This document shows positions 33,625-43,604 of a stretch of 64,000 bases of DNA, piece by piece. The DNA is from an uncultured SAR324 cluster bacterium (GTDB taxonomy: Bacteria > SAR324 > NAC60-12). Below the pieces are notes generated by a model that ran no database searches, was not told the origin of the DNA, and saw nothing but the letters and a program-made list of their open reading frames with translations. Location: assembly GCA_905182865.1 (NCBI GenBank), contig CAJJCY010000003.1:586054-650053 (forward strand), given 5' to 3'. The position numbers were made by a program, and so were the translations under genes. Within the stretch, counting starts at the first letter, position 1, and each line of letters starts with the position of its first letter.

Positions 33625-35142
33625 TCATGTAACAATTGGGTGAAAAATGCCTTCGGGAGTTGCCTCAAAGCACAATTCTCTTTGCAGGCAGTTTAAATGA
33701 TCATCTGCGGAGTGTGTTACGTAAAGTATTTGTGTTGTTGTGTTTTTTCCAACCAGGTCAACTAGTTCTAAAACGCGGTTCCGGTTTGTACGATCCAATC
33801 CCTGGCAGGGCTCATCAAGAATGAGTAAAGGTGGAGATTTTATCATTGCTCTTGCAATTAAGATAAGTCGTTGCTGTCCATACGAAAGACGCGTGAAGTC
33901 AAGATCAGTAAGATTTGTAATTTCCAGCAGTTCCATCAAACTGAGTGCCCTTTCTGTTTGTGTTACAGATGCTGGCTGATAATAACCGATTGAATCAAAA
34001 AATCCTGAAAGTACCACTTTCAACGCATTAACAGGTTGCCGATAACGTACCTGAAACTCAGAGGAGACAAATCCTATTTTCTGCTTGATGTCCCAAATGC
34101 TTTCACCTGTACCACGACGACGCCCAAAAAGATAAATTTCATTTGCATAAGCCTGTAGATTGTCTCCGCAAATTAAACTGAGCAAGGTTGATTTTCCGGA
34201 TCCATTTGGACCCACAATTTTCCAGTTTTCCCCCTGCTCTACTGACCAGTAAAAATTTTTCAGCACCACTTTTTCACCATAGTGAACATTAACGTTTCTC
34301 ATCCGGATAAGACTGTGCTTTCTATCTTTTTCAGTTACTGATTCAAAGAAGTCAGTTGAAATTGGGTTTCCATTTATTTCTGTAGAATTTTCGTTCGTTT
34401 TTAAGTTAGTTTTTAAGTTAGTTTCTTTGTGATCAGCTTTCTCATAAAGGCCCTCCATCACTTCCGTAATCAAAACTTGCGAGCGCAAACCTTGAGCAAA
34501 AATTTCTCCATATTTCAAACAAAGAACATGTGTGATTTCCGGAACTAATTCCTCAAAACGGTGACTGACTAACCAGACTGCTAATCCGTTTTTAATAAGA
34601 TCTGAAAGTGCTCCTTTAAGCCACAGAACCGATTCTGTGTCCAAACCTTCAAAAGGCTCATCAAGAATCAACAATTTTGGTTCAGAAAGCAGGGCTTTCC
34701 CAATCAAAGTTTTACGAGTTTCACCATTTGAAAAGGAGCGCAAAGGGTTCCCCAGTAAGGACGAAAGTCCAAGTTGTTTTGCAATCTTGAGAAGTGATTC
34801 CGGATGCTTCCCTTCCGGATCCATGACTTCTTGTCCGGTTAAAAAATGTTCTTCATTTCCGCTGTATTCTTCGTAGCGGTCTTTTTTTTCCTCTTGGGCA
34901 ACCAAGAGTTTTTGCTGCTCAAGTGAAACATGTGCGATTTTACCAAAATCCTCAATTTCCTGGTGACGTTTGATGGTACCACAATATGGAATTTGCCCCA
35001 GTACAACTTTTATCAGAGTTGATTTACCAGCGCCGTTTGGACCTAGAATCGCCCAGCTTTGTCCGAATTCTGTGGACCAGAAAATGTCTTTGAGAATTTG
35101 CTTATCCCAGAGTCGGTTGGAAACGTTTTTGAGAGAGAGCAA
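33625..35142 (-). CDS. Double ABC ATPase without a membrane domain (ModF-like)
   Basis: 505-aa ORF with two Walker A sites (GPNGAGKST, GPNGSGKST), signatures FSNGETRK and LSYGQQRL, and two Walker B sites (ILDEP). Confidence 0.75.
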   Translation of the reverse strand: MLSLKNVSNRLWDKQILKDIFWSTEFGQSWAILGPNGAGKSTLIKVVLGQIPYCGTIKRHQEIEDFGKIAHVSLEQQKLLVAQEEKKDRYEEYSGNEEHFLTGQEVMDPEGKHPESLLKIAKQLGLSSLLGNPLRSFSNGETRKTLIGKALLSEPKLLILDEPFEGLDTESVLWLKGALSDLIKNGLAVWLVSHRFEELVPEITHVLCLKYGEIFAQGLRSQVLITEVMEGLYEKADHKETNLKTNLKTNENSTEINGNPISTDFFESVTEKDRKHSLIRMRNVNVHYGEKVVLKNFYWSVEQGENWKIVGPNGSGKSTLLSLICGDNLQAYANEIYLFGRRRGTGESIWDIKQKIGFVSSEFQVRYRQPVNALKVVLSGFFDSIGYYQPASVTQTERALSLMELLEITNLTDLDFTRLSYGQQRLILIARAMIKSPPLLILDEPCQGLDRTNRNRVLELVDLVGKNTTTQILYVTHSADDHLNCLQRELCFEATPEGIFHPIVT

Positions 35143-35207
35143 AGGAAATTACCGAGTTTTGAGAGTTGGATGTTGGGTTTCGAAATGAGATGGATTCTCA
35201 ATACTGT

Positions 35208-37061
35208 TCAGGAATTGTGGTCGTTTTGCAGTGCCCACATTTGTTGATAATAACCTGGACGTTTAATCAGGTCAGCATGCTGTCCCTGATCCACTATTTG
35301 TCCTTCATCAAGAACCAGAATCAAATCTGCATGTTCCATTGATGTAACACGATGGGAAACGATAAGCAGGCTTCCTGCCAGGGCTTGTTGATTATTAATC
35401 GGTTTGAGGAGTTTGTGGATTTCTCTCAGCAGATGACGTTCTGTTTCATAGTCAACTGCAGAAAGCACATTGTCTAATATCAGCAGGTTACAAGGTTCCA
35501 TCATTGCCCTTGCCAGGCTGATTCTTTGTTTCTGTCCACCGGAAAGCATGATTCCTTTTTCGCCGACCACAGTTTTTTCCTGTTTTGGAAAACGTGCAAC
35601 TTCCTTGTCAAGAGCTGCTGAGTACAAAATTTTCTGAAACAATTCCCTGTCATCGGAAACCTCATTTTCCAGAGCAAAGTTGATATTATTTTCTGCAGTA
35701 TCTGAAAATAAAAATGGTAACTGAGTGACAGTTCTGATACAGGTACGGACATCTTTGTCGCTGAGAGTTGCGAGGTCCTGGTCTCCTAAATAGATGGAGC
35801 CCTTGCCCATGTCCAAATAACGATTCAAGCCGTTGACAAGGGTCGATTTTCCAGAACCAATTCTTCCGAGTACGCCAATTACCTGGCCTGGCTGGATGGA
35901 AAAATTTATGTGCCTTAGTACATCTTTCTTGCTCTCAGGGTAGTGGTAACTTAAATTATTTACTTTCAGTCCTCCTTCTGCAAAAAGAGATTTAAGTTTT
36001 TTCTCCGGAAGTGAAATAAGGTTTGCACGAGGCAGGTCCTGTTGCAGAACAGTCTGGATGCTGGTCAGTCCAACGAGACCCTGCTGAAACATTGTTGTTA
36101 CCCAGCCCAACCCCATCAAAGGAAATGTCAATAATGCAGAATATGCAATAAAAGCAGTTAACTGACCAATGGTGAAGCCTTCTTCGATTACCATGATTCC
36201 ACCAACAAGTAATACCAGAAGTTTTAAAAAATGCTCTAAATTACTTAACATCGGCATCACAAAAGAGCGGGTCCAGGCAATTTTCATTGAACGTCGAAGC
36301 ATGTCCTGATTTTCTTTCTCAAAACGCCTCGTGCTCCATTCACGCATTGTCTGGGTTTTAATCAAGTCTATTGCCGAGAGAGATGAAACAGTAAAACCTG
36401 AGAGACGCTGTAAGCTTTCCATACGGGCCCTCATATTACGCACCAGCACATTCATACCAAGACGCACTACTGTAAAAACAATGATAATTGGAATAATGCA
36501 GTAAAGTGTGAGATTTGGTGAGAGTTGCCACATTTTAAAAGGTGTCATTGAAAGTGCTGTTATGATATTGAAAGCCTGCATGAGGCCGAATCCGCAAATC
36601 ATACGGACTCCAGTGATATCATTATTGATGCGGGAAATTATATTTCCTGAAGGATTTTTATCATAATAATTTTTTTGCAGGGCCATTAATTTTCTGAACA
36701 TGTCATTTTTTATCTGACACTCTATGGCACGTCCGGGATTAAAAAAAAGAATCCTGGAAAGTGTCCGCACCACCACCATTACAAGTGCTAATCCAAGCAT
36801 GATAAACATATATTCCCACAATAAATCCTGCCTTGACTTGAGATCATTATTTAACAAATCAATACTTAAACGCACATATTCAGGTATACTGACAGCAATC
36901 CAGTTGGTACCTAAAATAGCAACCACTCCCAGAGAATAAGAAAACAAATGCTGCCGGATATAGTAACCAAGCAGGGTAAATTTGCTGCTGGTTTTAGGCG
37001 GCATTTTCAATAACGGAATGAATGAGGATTCACCAAGTTGAATTGACTGGGCTGAGGACAT
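35208..37061 (-). CDS. ABC exporter, fused permease-ATPase (MsbA/multidrug type)
   Basis: I prefer ATG 37061 (MSSAQSIQLGE…), 4 nt after the mltG stop. The track's longer ORF overlaps mltG. It has a six-TM domain followed by GRIGSGKST, LSGGQKQR and ILDNV. Confidence 0.85.
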   Translation of the reverse strand: MSSAQSIQLGESSFIPLLKMPPKTSSKFTLLGYYIRQHLFSYSLGVVAILGTNWIAVSIPEYVRLSIDLLNNDLKSRQDLLWEYMFIMLGLALVMVVVRTLSRILFFNPGRAIECQIKNDMFRKLMALQKNYYDKNPSGNIISRINNDITGVRMICGFGLMQAFNIITALSMTPFKMWQLSPNLTLYCIIPIIIVFTVVRLGMNVLVRNMRARMESLQRLSGFTVSSLSAIDLIKTQTMREWSTRRFEKENQDMLRRSMKIAWTRSFVMPMLSNLEHFLKLLVLLVGGIMVIEEGFTIGQLTAFIAYSALLTFPLMGLGWVTTMFQQGLVGLTSIQTVLQQDLPRANLISLPEKKLKSLFAEGGLKVNNLSYHYPESKKDVLRHINFSIQPGQVIGVLGRIGSGKSTLVNGLNRYLDMGKGSIYLGDQDLATLSDKDVRTCIRTVTQLPFLFSDTAENNINFALENEVSDDRELFQKILYSAALDKEVARFPKQEKTVVGEKGIMLSGGQKQRISLARAMMEPCNLLILDNVLSAVDYETERHLLREIHKLLKPINNQQALAGSLLIVSHRVTSMEHADLILVLDEGQIVDQGQHADLIKRPGYYQQMWALQNDHNS

Positions 37062-37065
37062 GGGG

Positions 37066-38148
37066 CTATAATTTCTTTGAGGAAGCTTTTTTAGCTTTGC
37101 GACGCATTGCCTGACGGTTCTTACGGTTTTTCTGAAAATACGAAACTGCCTTATTGTGTTCCCGCAGTGTTTTTGAAAATTTGCTGCTTCCATCCCCGCG
37201 TCCGACAAAATAAAGGAACTTTTCGTCTGCCGGATAAAGCACACTTTGCAGTGATGCTCGACCGGGATTCGAAATTGGAGTAGGCGGCAATCCCTTTTTG
37301 GTGTAAGTGTTATACGGAGTTGGTTTTCGTAAATGCTTTCGAGTCAAATTTCCATTAAAATCACTCAGTCCGTAAATTACTGTTGGATCACTGTAGAGAC
37401 GCATTCTGCGTTTGAGTCGATTATGAAAAACTGAAGCAATCTTTGGTCGATCTGAATCAACTCCAGTTTCCTTTTCCACAATAGAAGCCAAGGTGAGAAC
37501 TTTATACTCGCTCATTCCAATTTCTTTGGCACGCCTCTGAAAATCAGCATTAAAAACCCGCCTGTATTGTGTAATCATTGCTGATAAAATTTGTCGCTCC
37601 GTATCTACCCGCGAAAAAAAATAAGTTTCTGGAAACAAGAATCCTTCCAGAGTGGTCATGTCCGGAATTCCAGTTTTTGCTAATAAATCCGGATCATCTT
37701 TCAGCGACAGGATCACGTCTTTATCTGCAATTTCTGCAAGCTGCAGACGCTCTGCAATTTGTCGATAATTTTCACCTTCAGGAATGGTAATGCGATGCCG
37801 GATGCTTTTCCCGTAAATAAGATACTGCAGCAACTCAGAGGTATTCCAATTGTGTTGAATTTTAAATTCTCCAGCCTGGATTCTGGAATGAACTTTTAAT
37901 TTTTCCGCCAAATAGTCGTAAAGTCTGGGGTAGGGCAGGAGTCCCTTTTTTCTGATATGTGCCGTAACGCTGTCAAAGGTGGAACCTCGAGGGATCAAGA
38001 TAACCGAATTGCCATCTGGAGCACTGCTCATGATGGGGCTATAGTAAATTTGATAAATATATCCTACAACACCAATCAGGCACGAGAACCCTATAATAAA
38101 AAGTCCGGCAAGCAGTAGTTTCTGTTTGTTGGTGATGAACAACTTCAT
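37066..38148 (-). CDS. mltG: Endolytic murein transglycosylase MltG (YceG family) with a Lys/Arg-rich C-terminal tail
   Basis: 360-aa ORF with an N-terminal TM segment and YceG blocks (IPEGENYRQIAERL, LEGFLFPETY, LASIVEKE, YNTYTKKGLPPTPISNPG). Confidence 0.85.
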   Translation of the reverse strand: MKLFITNKQKLLLAGLFIIGFSCLIGVVGYIYQIYYSPIMSSAPDGNSVILIPRGSTFDSVTAHIRKKGLLPYPRLYDYLAEKLKVHSRIQAGEFKIQHNWNTSELLQYLIYGKSIRHRITIPEGENYRQIAERLQLAEIADKDVILSLKDDPDLLAKTGIPDMTTLEGFLFPETYFFSRVDTERQILSAMITQYRRVFNADFQRRAKEIGMSEYKVLTLASIVEKETGVDSDRPKIASVFHNRLKRRMRLYSDPTVIYGLSDFNGNLTRKHLRKPTPYNTYTKKGLPPTPISNPGRASLQSVLYPADEKFLYFVGRGDGSSKFSKTLREHNKAVSYFQKNRKNRQAMRRKAKKASSKKL

Positions 38149-38453
38149 TGAGTTGAAAAATACATATAAATGTGAGTATTGTTAATATTACAATCAATTA
38201 TATCGACAGACAGAACAGAACGCAATACGTTGAAAGCTGGGACTTGACTTTCTGTTATATTGTGAATTCGTGAAATGTTCATTATTACTGCATTTTTGAA
38301 ACAGGCACTGGATGAATGGATTATGTATGCTTCATAAAATTAAACTTGTATTCCATTCGCAATTCATTTAGTATCGTATATTAACTAATTAGAAAGTGCT
38401 CCGAATATGCATGAGCGTTTAAAAAATTTAATAATTTTAAGATTGAGGACTCC

Positions 38454-39074
38454 ATGTTGAATGGACTATTAGCACGCAAGATTGGCATGACCCAGGTTTT
38501 TGAAGAAGACGGAACTGCACTTCCAGTGACCGTTTTGCAATCCGGACCTATGACAGTTGTCCAAAAAAAGATCCTGGAAAAAGACGGTTGCAACCATGTA
38601 CAAATCGGTTTTGAAGAAATACCGGAGCGAAAAGTAAATAAACCAATCAAAGGGCATTTTAAGTCACTGGCTCCAACTCGCATCCTTCGCGAATTTGAAG
38701 TAGAGAATATTGATGAAGTAGAAGTTGGACAGGTATTTGATGTAAGTTTATTTTCTGAAGGAGAAAGTATCACTGTTTCCGGCAACTCAAAAGGTAAAGG
38801 ATTCACAGGAGTTATGAAGCGTCATGGATTTCATGGTCAACCTGCCAGTCATGGACACCGTGGGCACCGAGGTACAGGAAGTATTGGACAGTGTGCAACC
38901 CCTTCCCGTGTATTCAAAGGCAAGAAAATGCATGGTCGCCACGGCAACAGTAAAGTAACTCAACTCGGCTTAAAGATTGTTAAAATTCTTGCAGATGAAG
39001 CAATTGTACTTGTCAAAGGTGCAGTTCCTGGTCCCAACGGCGGACTGGTAACAATTCTCAAGAGCAACCGCTAA
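38454..39074 (+). CDS. rplC: 50S ribosomal protein L3, encoded away from any S10-operon neighbours
   Basis: 206-aa ORF with LLARKIGMTQVFEEDG, SKGKGFTGVMKRHGF, GSIGQCATPSRVFKGKKMHGRHG and LVKGAVPG. AGGA RBS at 38444-38447. Confidence 0.9.
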   Translation: MLNGLLARKIGMTQVFEEDGTALPVTVLQSGPMTVVQKKILEKDGCNHVQIGFEEIPERKVNKPIKGHFKSLAPTRILREFEVENIDEVEVGQVFDVSLFSEGESITVSGNSKGKGFTGVMKRHGFHGQPASHGHRGHRGTGSIGQCATPSRVFKGKKMHGRHGNSKVTQLGLKIVKILADEAIVLVKGAVPGPNGGLVTILKSNR

Positions 39075-39511
39075 TTTATTAGCAGCAAAATGTGGGCGGC
39101 GCTTTCTGTGTCGCCTATCTTATTATAATTCCCCATATTAATTTTAAAGTTTCCGGCTGTTCTGTCGATAACCAACTATGAGGTTTGGATTGCTTTTCCG
39201 TTGGAATGGCAGGGAGAGTTCTGTCTGGAATTCCGTCTGCTTAACTCTATGGGGCGTGGTGTGTCTACAGGGTGGTCCTGATTTATGTTCTTGTAAATAA
39301 TAGATGAATTGTTGTCATAACAAATACAGCGAATTGTTCCAGTTTTGTGAACAATCGCCTGTGAAGAACTGCGTATTGCATGGTGTGGTTTCGCAGTTTG
39401 TGATGGCTTAGTTTATCGAAATGACAGGTTGAAGGGCGGAATTTCCCATTATTATGTGTGGGAAAATATCCATTCTTTGAAGCAGTAAATAGTAATAGAA
39501 AAAAGGGAAAA

Positions 39512-39919
39512 ATGGCATTCAAAACCAAGGTGGTTCTGGTAGTCTTACTTGCAGCTTTGTTGATTGGAGTACCTCCGGGACTTGGTCAGCAGCCTCCTGC
39601 AGACAACAGGGGGAACCTGTATTCCATCTGGTTGAAGCTCTCAATGATGGGACACAACCAGTCTGAGATTGAGGGTATCCTTACCGGAATAACGGAGCAG
39701 CAACTCCAGCGTCTCAAAAATCGCTTACGGCGGGATGTGCTGGAAACTTTGATGCATCACAATCTGCATAATGAAATTGAGTTGAGCAGGACCGAACAGG
39801 ATCTGGGGATGATTCGTGACATAATCAGAACCGAAATACGTTTTGCAGGATTGGAAAACGACCGCCTGCTGCTGCGCATGATCCGTCATAAATTTGGGAT
39901 TGCACTGCAGAATATTTAA
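39512..39919 (+). CDS. Hypothetical secreted helical protein
   Basis: ATG 39512 is preceded by AAGGGA. Signal peptide MAFKTKVVLVVLLAALLIGVPPGLGQQ. There is one LTxxQ-like motif (ITEQQ), which is too weak for a family call. Confidence 0.5.
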   Translation: MAFKTKVVLVVLLAALLIGVPPGLGQQPPADNRGNLYSIWLKLSMMGHNQSEIEGILTGITEQQLQRLKNRLRRDVLETLMHHNLHNEIELSRTEQDLGMIRDIIRTEIRFAGLENDRLLLRMIRHKFGIALQNI

Positions 39920-39948
39920 AGCAAATGACATATTGTATGAGTGTTGAA

Positions 39949-40469
39949 TTATAGTGTGCTCTCTAAAGAATTGGTTAGTATCTTTAATGGAAGTACTTCA
40001 ACATAAGGAATGATCCAGTTCGGAAAGTTGTGGTAACTGAAAAATATTCCGGAAAGGATGAACATTGGCAGGGTCACGTTGTTAATCAAGCCGTTGCCGC
40101 TTTGCGTATTTTCTGCTCGGGATGAAATGAGAACGGCAATTCCGGCAAAAGTTCTGTATCCACTCACAAAAATTAAAGACAACGCCAGCAGACTCCCCTG
40201 AATTGTAATATCAAAAAAAAGTGTACAAAAACGTAAAGCAAAAGCAGTTCTGCGGCACTGATAAACATGCGGTTCAAACCGTGTGAGAGTAGTAGAACTG
40301 ACTTCTTTAGTTGAGTGGCAACCATCCGGCGTAGCAAATTTTTGATACGTAACTCAATTAAATTCCATCCGATTCCCCACAAACATGCATTCATGATGGA
40401 AATGGCCGAAATTCGATTATCTTTGTCTTCGGCTGTCATAACGTAAAGTCCATAAGGAATCATCCGCAA
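39949..40469 (-). pseudogene. ABC-2-type permease relic (C-terminal two-thirds, frameshifted; no partner ATPase)
   Basis: ORF 40173-40469 has …LWGIGWNLIELRIKNLLRRMVATQLKKSVLLLSH…. ORF 39949-40182, in another frame, has …SRAENTQSGNGLINNVTLPMFILSGIFFSYHNFPNWIIPYVEVLPL…. Together they are colinear with YadH-like ABC-2 permeases. Frames upstream to ~40660 are broken. Confidence 0.6.
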
Positions 40470-40658
40470 TGCGGTTTTTTAGCAGTCTCATCCATAAAGT
40501 CTCCTTTTGAGGAAAAAAGAAAAAAGTTGAAACTGAAGTGTTTCTGATAGGAATTAAATTTGTCAAGTAAAGTTGGCGAGACACTTGGGATTTTAACATA
40601 TTGACTTCGGCAGTTTAGCAGAAAACATTCCGCAGCGAACAATACTTTTTGATCGGCG

Positions 40659-41663
40659 TCAATCAGCAGGCTTAAGTAAAATTTTTCCAATGTGGGCACT
40701 GCTTTCCATCAGGCGATGTGCTTCTGACGCATGTTTGAGTGGAAATGTTTGATGGATGATCGGTCGGACAGCTCCGGATTCCAGCAATGGCCAAACGTTT
40801 TTTTGCAGGGCCTGAGCGATTTTAGTTTTTTCTTCAACGCTGCGGGGGCGCAAGGTGGAGCCGGTCAAGGTTACACGTTTGAGCAGTAAGGAGCGAAAAT
40901 CAACTTCTGCTTTGCTGCCCTGCATCAGAGCGATTTGCACTAACCGACCTTCGTCGGCCAGCAACCGGATGTTTTTTGGAAAGTATGGGCCGCCAACCAT
41001 GTCAAGGATCACATTTACGCCTTTTCCTTCAGTCAAGCGTTTGATTTCTTCGGAGAAATCCTGTTCTCTGTAATTAATAGAAACATCGGCACCAAGATTT
41101 TCACAAAACTCACATTTTTCCGAAGTTCCTGCAGTAGTGTAAACAGTCGCCCCAAAGGCTTTGCCGAGTTGAATGGCAGTTGTTCCTATTCCACTGCTGC
41201 CACCATGTACCAACAGACTTTCTCTGGCTTTGAGTTGCCCTCGCTCAAAGACATTCGTCCAGACAGTGAAAAAGGTTTCCGGAATTCCCGCGGCATTTAC
41301 TAGCGAAATTTTTTCCGGTACCGGCAAGCAAATCGAGGCTGCCGCCAGACAATATTCCGCATAACCGCCGCAGGTCACGAGGGCACAAACTTCAGAATTG
41401 ATGGGGGGCTCGTTGACGTTTTGACCCACACTAACTACAGTTCCGGAAACCTCCAGTCCGGGAACATCGGTTGCGCCGGGAGGGGGGGGATAAAGCCCTT
41501 TGCGTTGCATCATGTCCGGACGGTTGACTCCCGCCGCTGCGACCTTAATCAGTACCTCACCGGGGCCTGGTTCCGGAACCGGCATCGAATGCAGTTTTAA
41601 TACTTCAGGATCTCCATGTTTTTCGATCTGAATGTAGTTCATTGATTGTGGTATGTTATTCAT
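40659..41663 (-). CDS. qor: NAD(P)H:quinone oxidoreductase (zeta-crystallin/PIG3-type MDR)
   Basis: 334-aa ORF with VLIKVAAAGVNRPD, GLEVSGTVV and LVHGGSSGIGTTAIQL. Confidence 0.85.
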   Translation of the reverse strand: MNNIPQSMNYIQIEKHGDPEVLKLHSMPVPEPGPGEVLIKVAAAGVNRPDMMQRKGLYPPPPGATDVPGLEVSGTVVSVGQNVNEPPINSEVCALVTCGGYAEYCLAAASICLPVPEKISLVNAAGIPETFFTVWTNVFERGQLKARESLLVHGGSSGIGTTAIQLGKAFGATVYTTAGTSEKCEFCENLGADVSINYREQDFSEEIKRLTEGKGVNVILDMVGGPYFPKNIRLLADEGRLVQIALMQGSKAEVDFRSLLLKRVTLTGSTLRPRSVEEKTKIAQALQKNVWPLLESGAVRPIIHQTFPLKHASEAHRLMESSAHIGKILLKPAD

Positions 41664-41727
41664 GAAAACTCCGAAAATAAAGTAAACTTAGTTAACTGTA
41701 TCAATATGACCCTATTTCTTTTTAAAA

Positions 41728-42270
41728 TTATTTAGTTCCAGATTGAGTTGTGATTTGCTCCAACTTTAACAATTGTTTTTTAATCGGTAACCCGCCGGCA
41801 TATCCTACAAGCTTTCCATTACTTCCAATTATACGATGACAGGGAATTATGATTGACATCGAGTTTGCTCCATTTGCAGAGGCAACTGCTCTGACCGCTT
41901 TTTCATTCTTTATATTTTTGGCCAACTGCAAATAAGTTGACGTAGTTCCAAAAGGGACTCTCAGTAAAGCTTCCCAGACTCTTTTTTGGAAATCCGTTCC
42001 TACCATTTTTAGTGGGACATCAAACTCTTTTCTGTTGCCATGAAAATATTCATCAAGCTCTGCCAGTGTTTTTTCTATAATTTCCGTGTTATTTTCTGCA
42101 AATTTGGCATTTAGTCCTTTTTTAATTCTTTCATCAACGGTTTTTCTCATTTTTCTGTATCTAAAATCAAGCAGACAAAGTTTGCCTTCGAAGGAACCTA
42201 AAATCAGTTCACCAATTTTTGTTTTACAATATTGTATGTTGATAAATTTCATAGTATCAGAAGAGTCCAA
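41728..42270 (-). CDS. ogt: Methylated-DNA--protein-cysteine methyltransferase
   Basis: 180-aa ORF with the IIPCHRII active-site motif and FQKRVWEALLRVPFGTTSTY. Confidence 0.9.
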   Translation of the reverse strand: MDSSDTMKFINIQYCKTKIGELILGSFEGKLCLLDFRYRKMRKTVDERIKKGLNAKFAENNTEIIEKTLAELDEYFHGNRKEFDVPLKMVGTDFQKRVWEALLRVPFGTTSTYLQLAKNIKNEKAVRAVASANGANSMSIIIPCHRIIGSNGKLVGYAGGLPIKKQLLKLEQITTQSGTK

Positions 42271-42288
42271 ACTTTTGAGAGTTTTCAG

Positions 42289-43455
42289 TCAATCCAATGT
42301 ATATTCACCGGAAAGACTATTCGAAATGATAAAAACCAATAACAGTAGTGCTAGTATACTCAACAAATAAAGTGGGATTACTTCAAGTCCAAAGTTTCTT
42401 GCCAGCACACCTGCAATTGAAGGTACCACAGCCACCCCCAAGCCTGCTGCGGCAATCTGCATTCCAATTGTATTGGCCTGATGCCGGAACCCTACACGAC
42501 TTGTTGTACTTGAAACTAGTCCGGGAAATATTGGTGCGATCGCAAAACCGGCCAAAGTGACTCCAAGAATTGTTATTATTTGACTGGAATCTGCCAGCAG
42601 CAGAGCTACTCCGAAAAGTGCGAGAGAGATACTCAGATAAATTAGTTTGCGAACGTCGATCTTTTTAGCGTACCATCCAGCAAAAATACGTCCGACTGTA
42701 AACATTCCCCAATAACTTCCGGTTACAAATCCCGCAACTTCCGGAGCAACTCCACGGGATTCTGTCAAAAGTGAGTAAATCCAAAGCCCTAAACCCAATT
42801 CTACACCTGTATAAAGAAAAAACAATGCCACACTTAAGAGTACCTGAATTGATTTTATAGTTTCACTGAGGGAGGCATTATTCTCATCGTGATCTTCTTC
42901 TCTACTACTGGCTGAAATACCTTCCCACATGTCTTTAGTAAAAAGAAAAATTACGGAAAGAATTACCATTGCCACTGAAACAACAAAATATCCGCTTTGC
43001 CAATGGGATGTTGCGTTTATTCCCATTGTCATTATGAATGGACCGGAGGTAATTCCCACACCAAAACTTGCGTGTAACCACTGCATCATTCTGGTACTGT
43101 GGTATTTGGCGATATAGGTATTTATTCCAGCATCAATTGCACCTGCACCAAGTCCTCCAACTGCAGAAAAAATAACGAAAACCCACCAGAGAGGAGTAAC
43201 TGCATAAACTAGTAATGTACCAGCCATGGCAGCACAACTCAGACTCAGCAGCCCACCTATTCCTAAATGTCGAATCAGTAGTCCACTCAAAAAGCTTGAA
43301 AGCATGTATCCTGCAGTTCCGCAGACAAGAATAATTCCTAAAGCATCAACTGGCAGTTGGAATTGGTGACGAATCCCAGGCCATGCCACGCCCATGAGTC
43401 CGTCTGGTAAGCCCAGGGAAACAAAGGCAAAAAAAGAGATAATAATTAATCCCAT
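42289..43455 (-). CDS. MFS transporter
   Basis: 388-aa ORF with ~12 predicted TM segments in a two-halves layout. Confidence 0.7.
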   Translation of the reverse strand: MGLIIISFFAFVSLGLPDGLMGVAWPGIRHQFQLPVDALGIILVCGTAGYMLSSFLSGLLIRHLGIGGLLSLSCAAMAGTLLVYAVTPLWWVFVIFSAVGGLGAGAIDAGINTYIAKYHSTRMMQWLHASFGVGITSGPFIMTMGINATSHWQSGYFVVSVAMVILSVIFLFTKDMWEGISASSREEDHDENNASLSETIKSIQVLLSVALFFLYTGVELGLGLWIYSLLTESRGVAPEVAGFVTGSYWGMFTVGRIFAGWYAKKIDVRKLIYLSISLALFGVALLLADSSQIITILGVTLAGFAIAPIFPGLVSSTTSRVGFRHQANTIGMQIAAAGLGVAVVPSIAGVLARNFGLEVIPLYLLSILALLLLVFIISNSLSGEYTLD

Positions 43456-43604
43456 AGTTTTTAGTGAGAGTTTGTCTGTGTTTTAATTAACAATTCTGGT
43501 CAGGATATTGAGTGAAATTTGGAGGAGTTGTTCAACGAAAGTGTAGAGAGTTTCCCTGAGACATTTGCCAGAGGAACGATATTTAGGTGCCTGCTGTTTT
43601 GCTT

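Noticed and set aside
34398-34421. 12-bp tandem duplication TTTTTAAGTTAG x2 on the plus strand, encoding TNLKTNLK in the linker of the ModF-like ATPase.
   Set aside because: It is an in-frame, two-copy duplication in a low-complexity inter-domain linker, and there is no evidence of function.
38381-38806. 141-aa minus-strand ORF overlapping the rplC start.
   Set aside because: It is antisense to a highly conserved L3 coding sequence. It has no RBS or recognisable domain.
39075-39457. 383-nt non-coding region after rplC with a bulged hairpin (GCGAATTGTTC 39329-39339 / GAACAATCGC 39349-39358). I considered it as an ncRNA or tRNA.
   Set aside because: There are no tRNA-like T-arm or anticodon features and no match to any RNA family I can recognise by eye. 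One isolated hairpin is insufficient.
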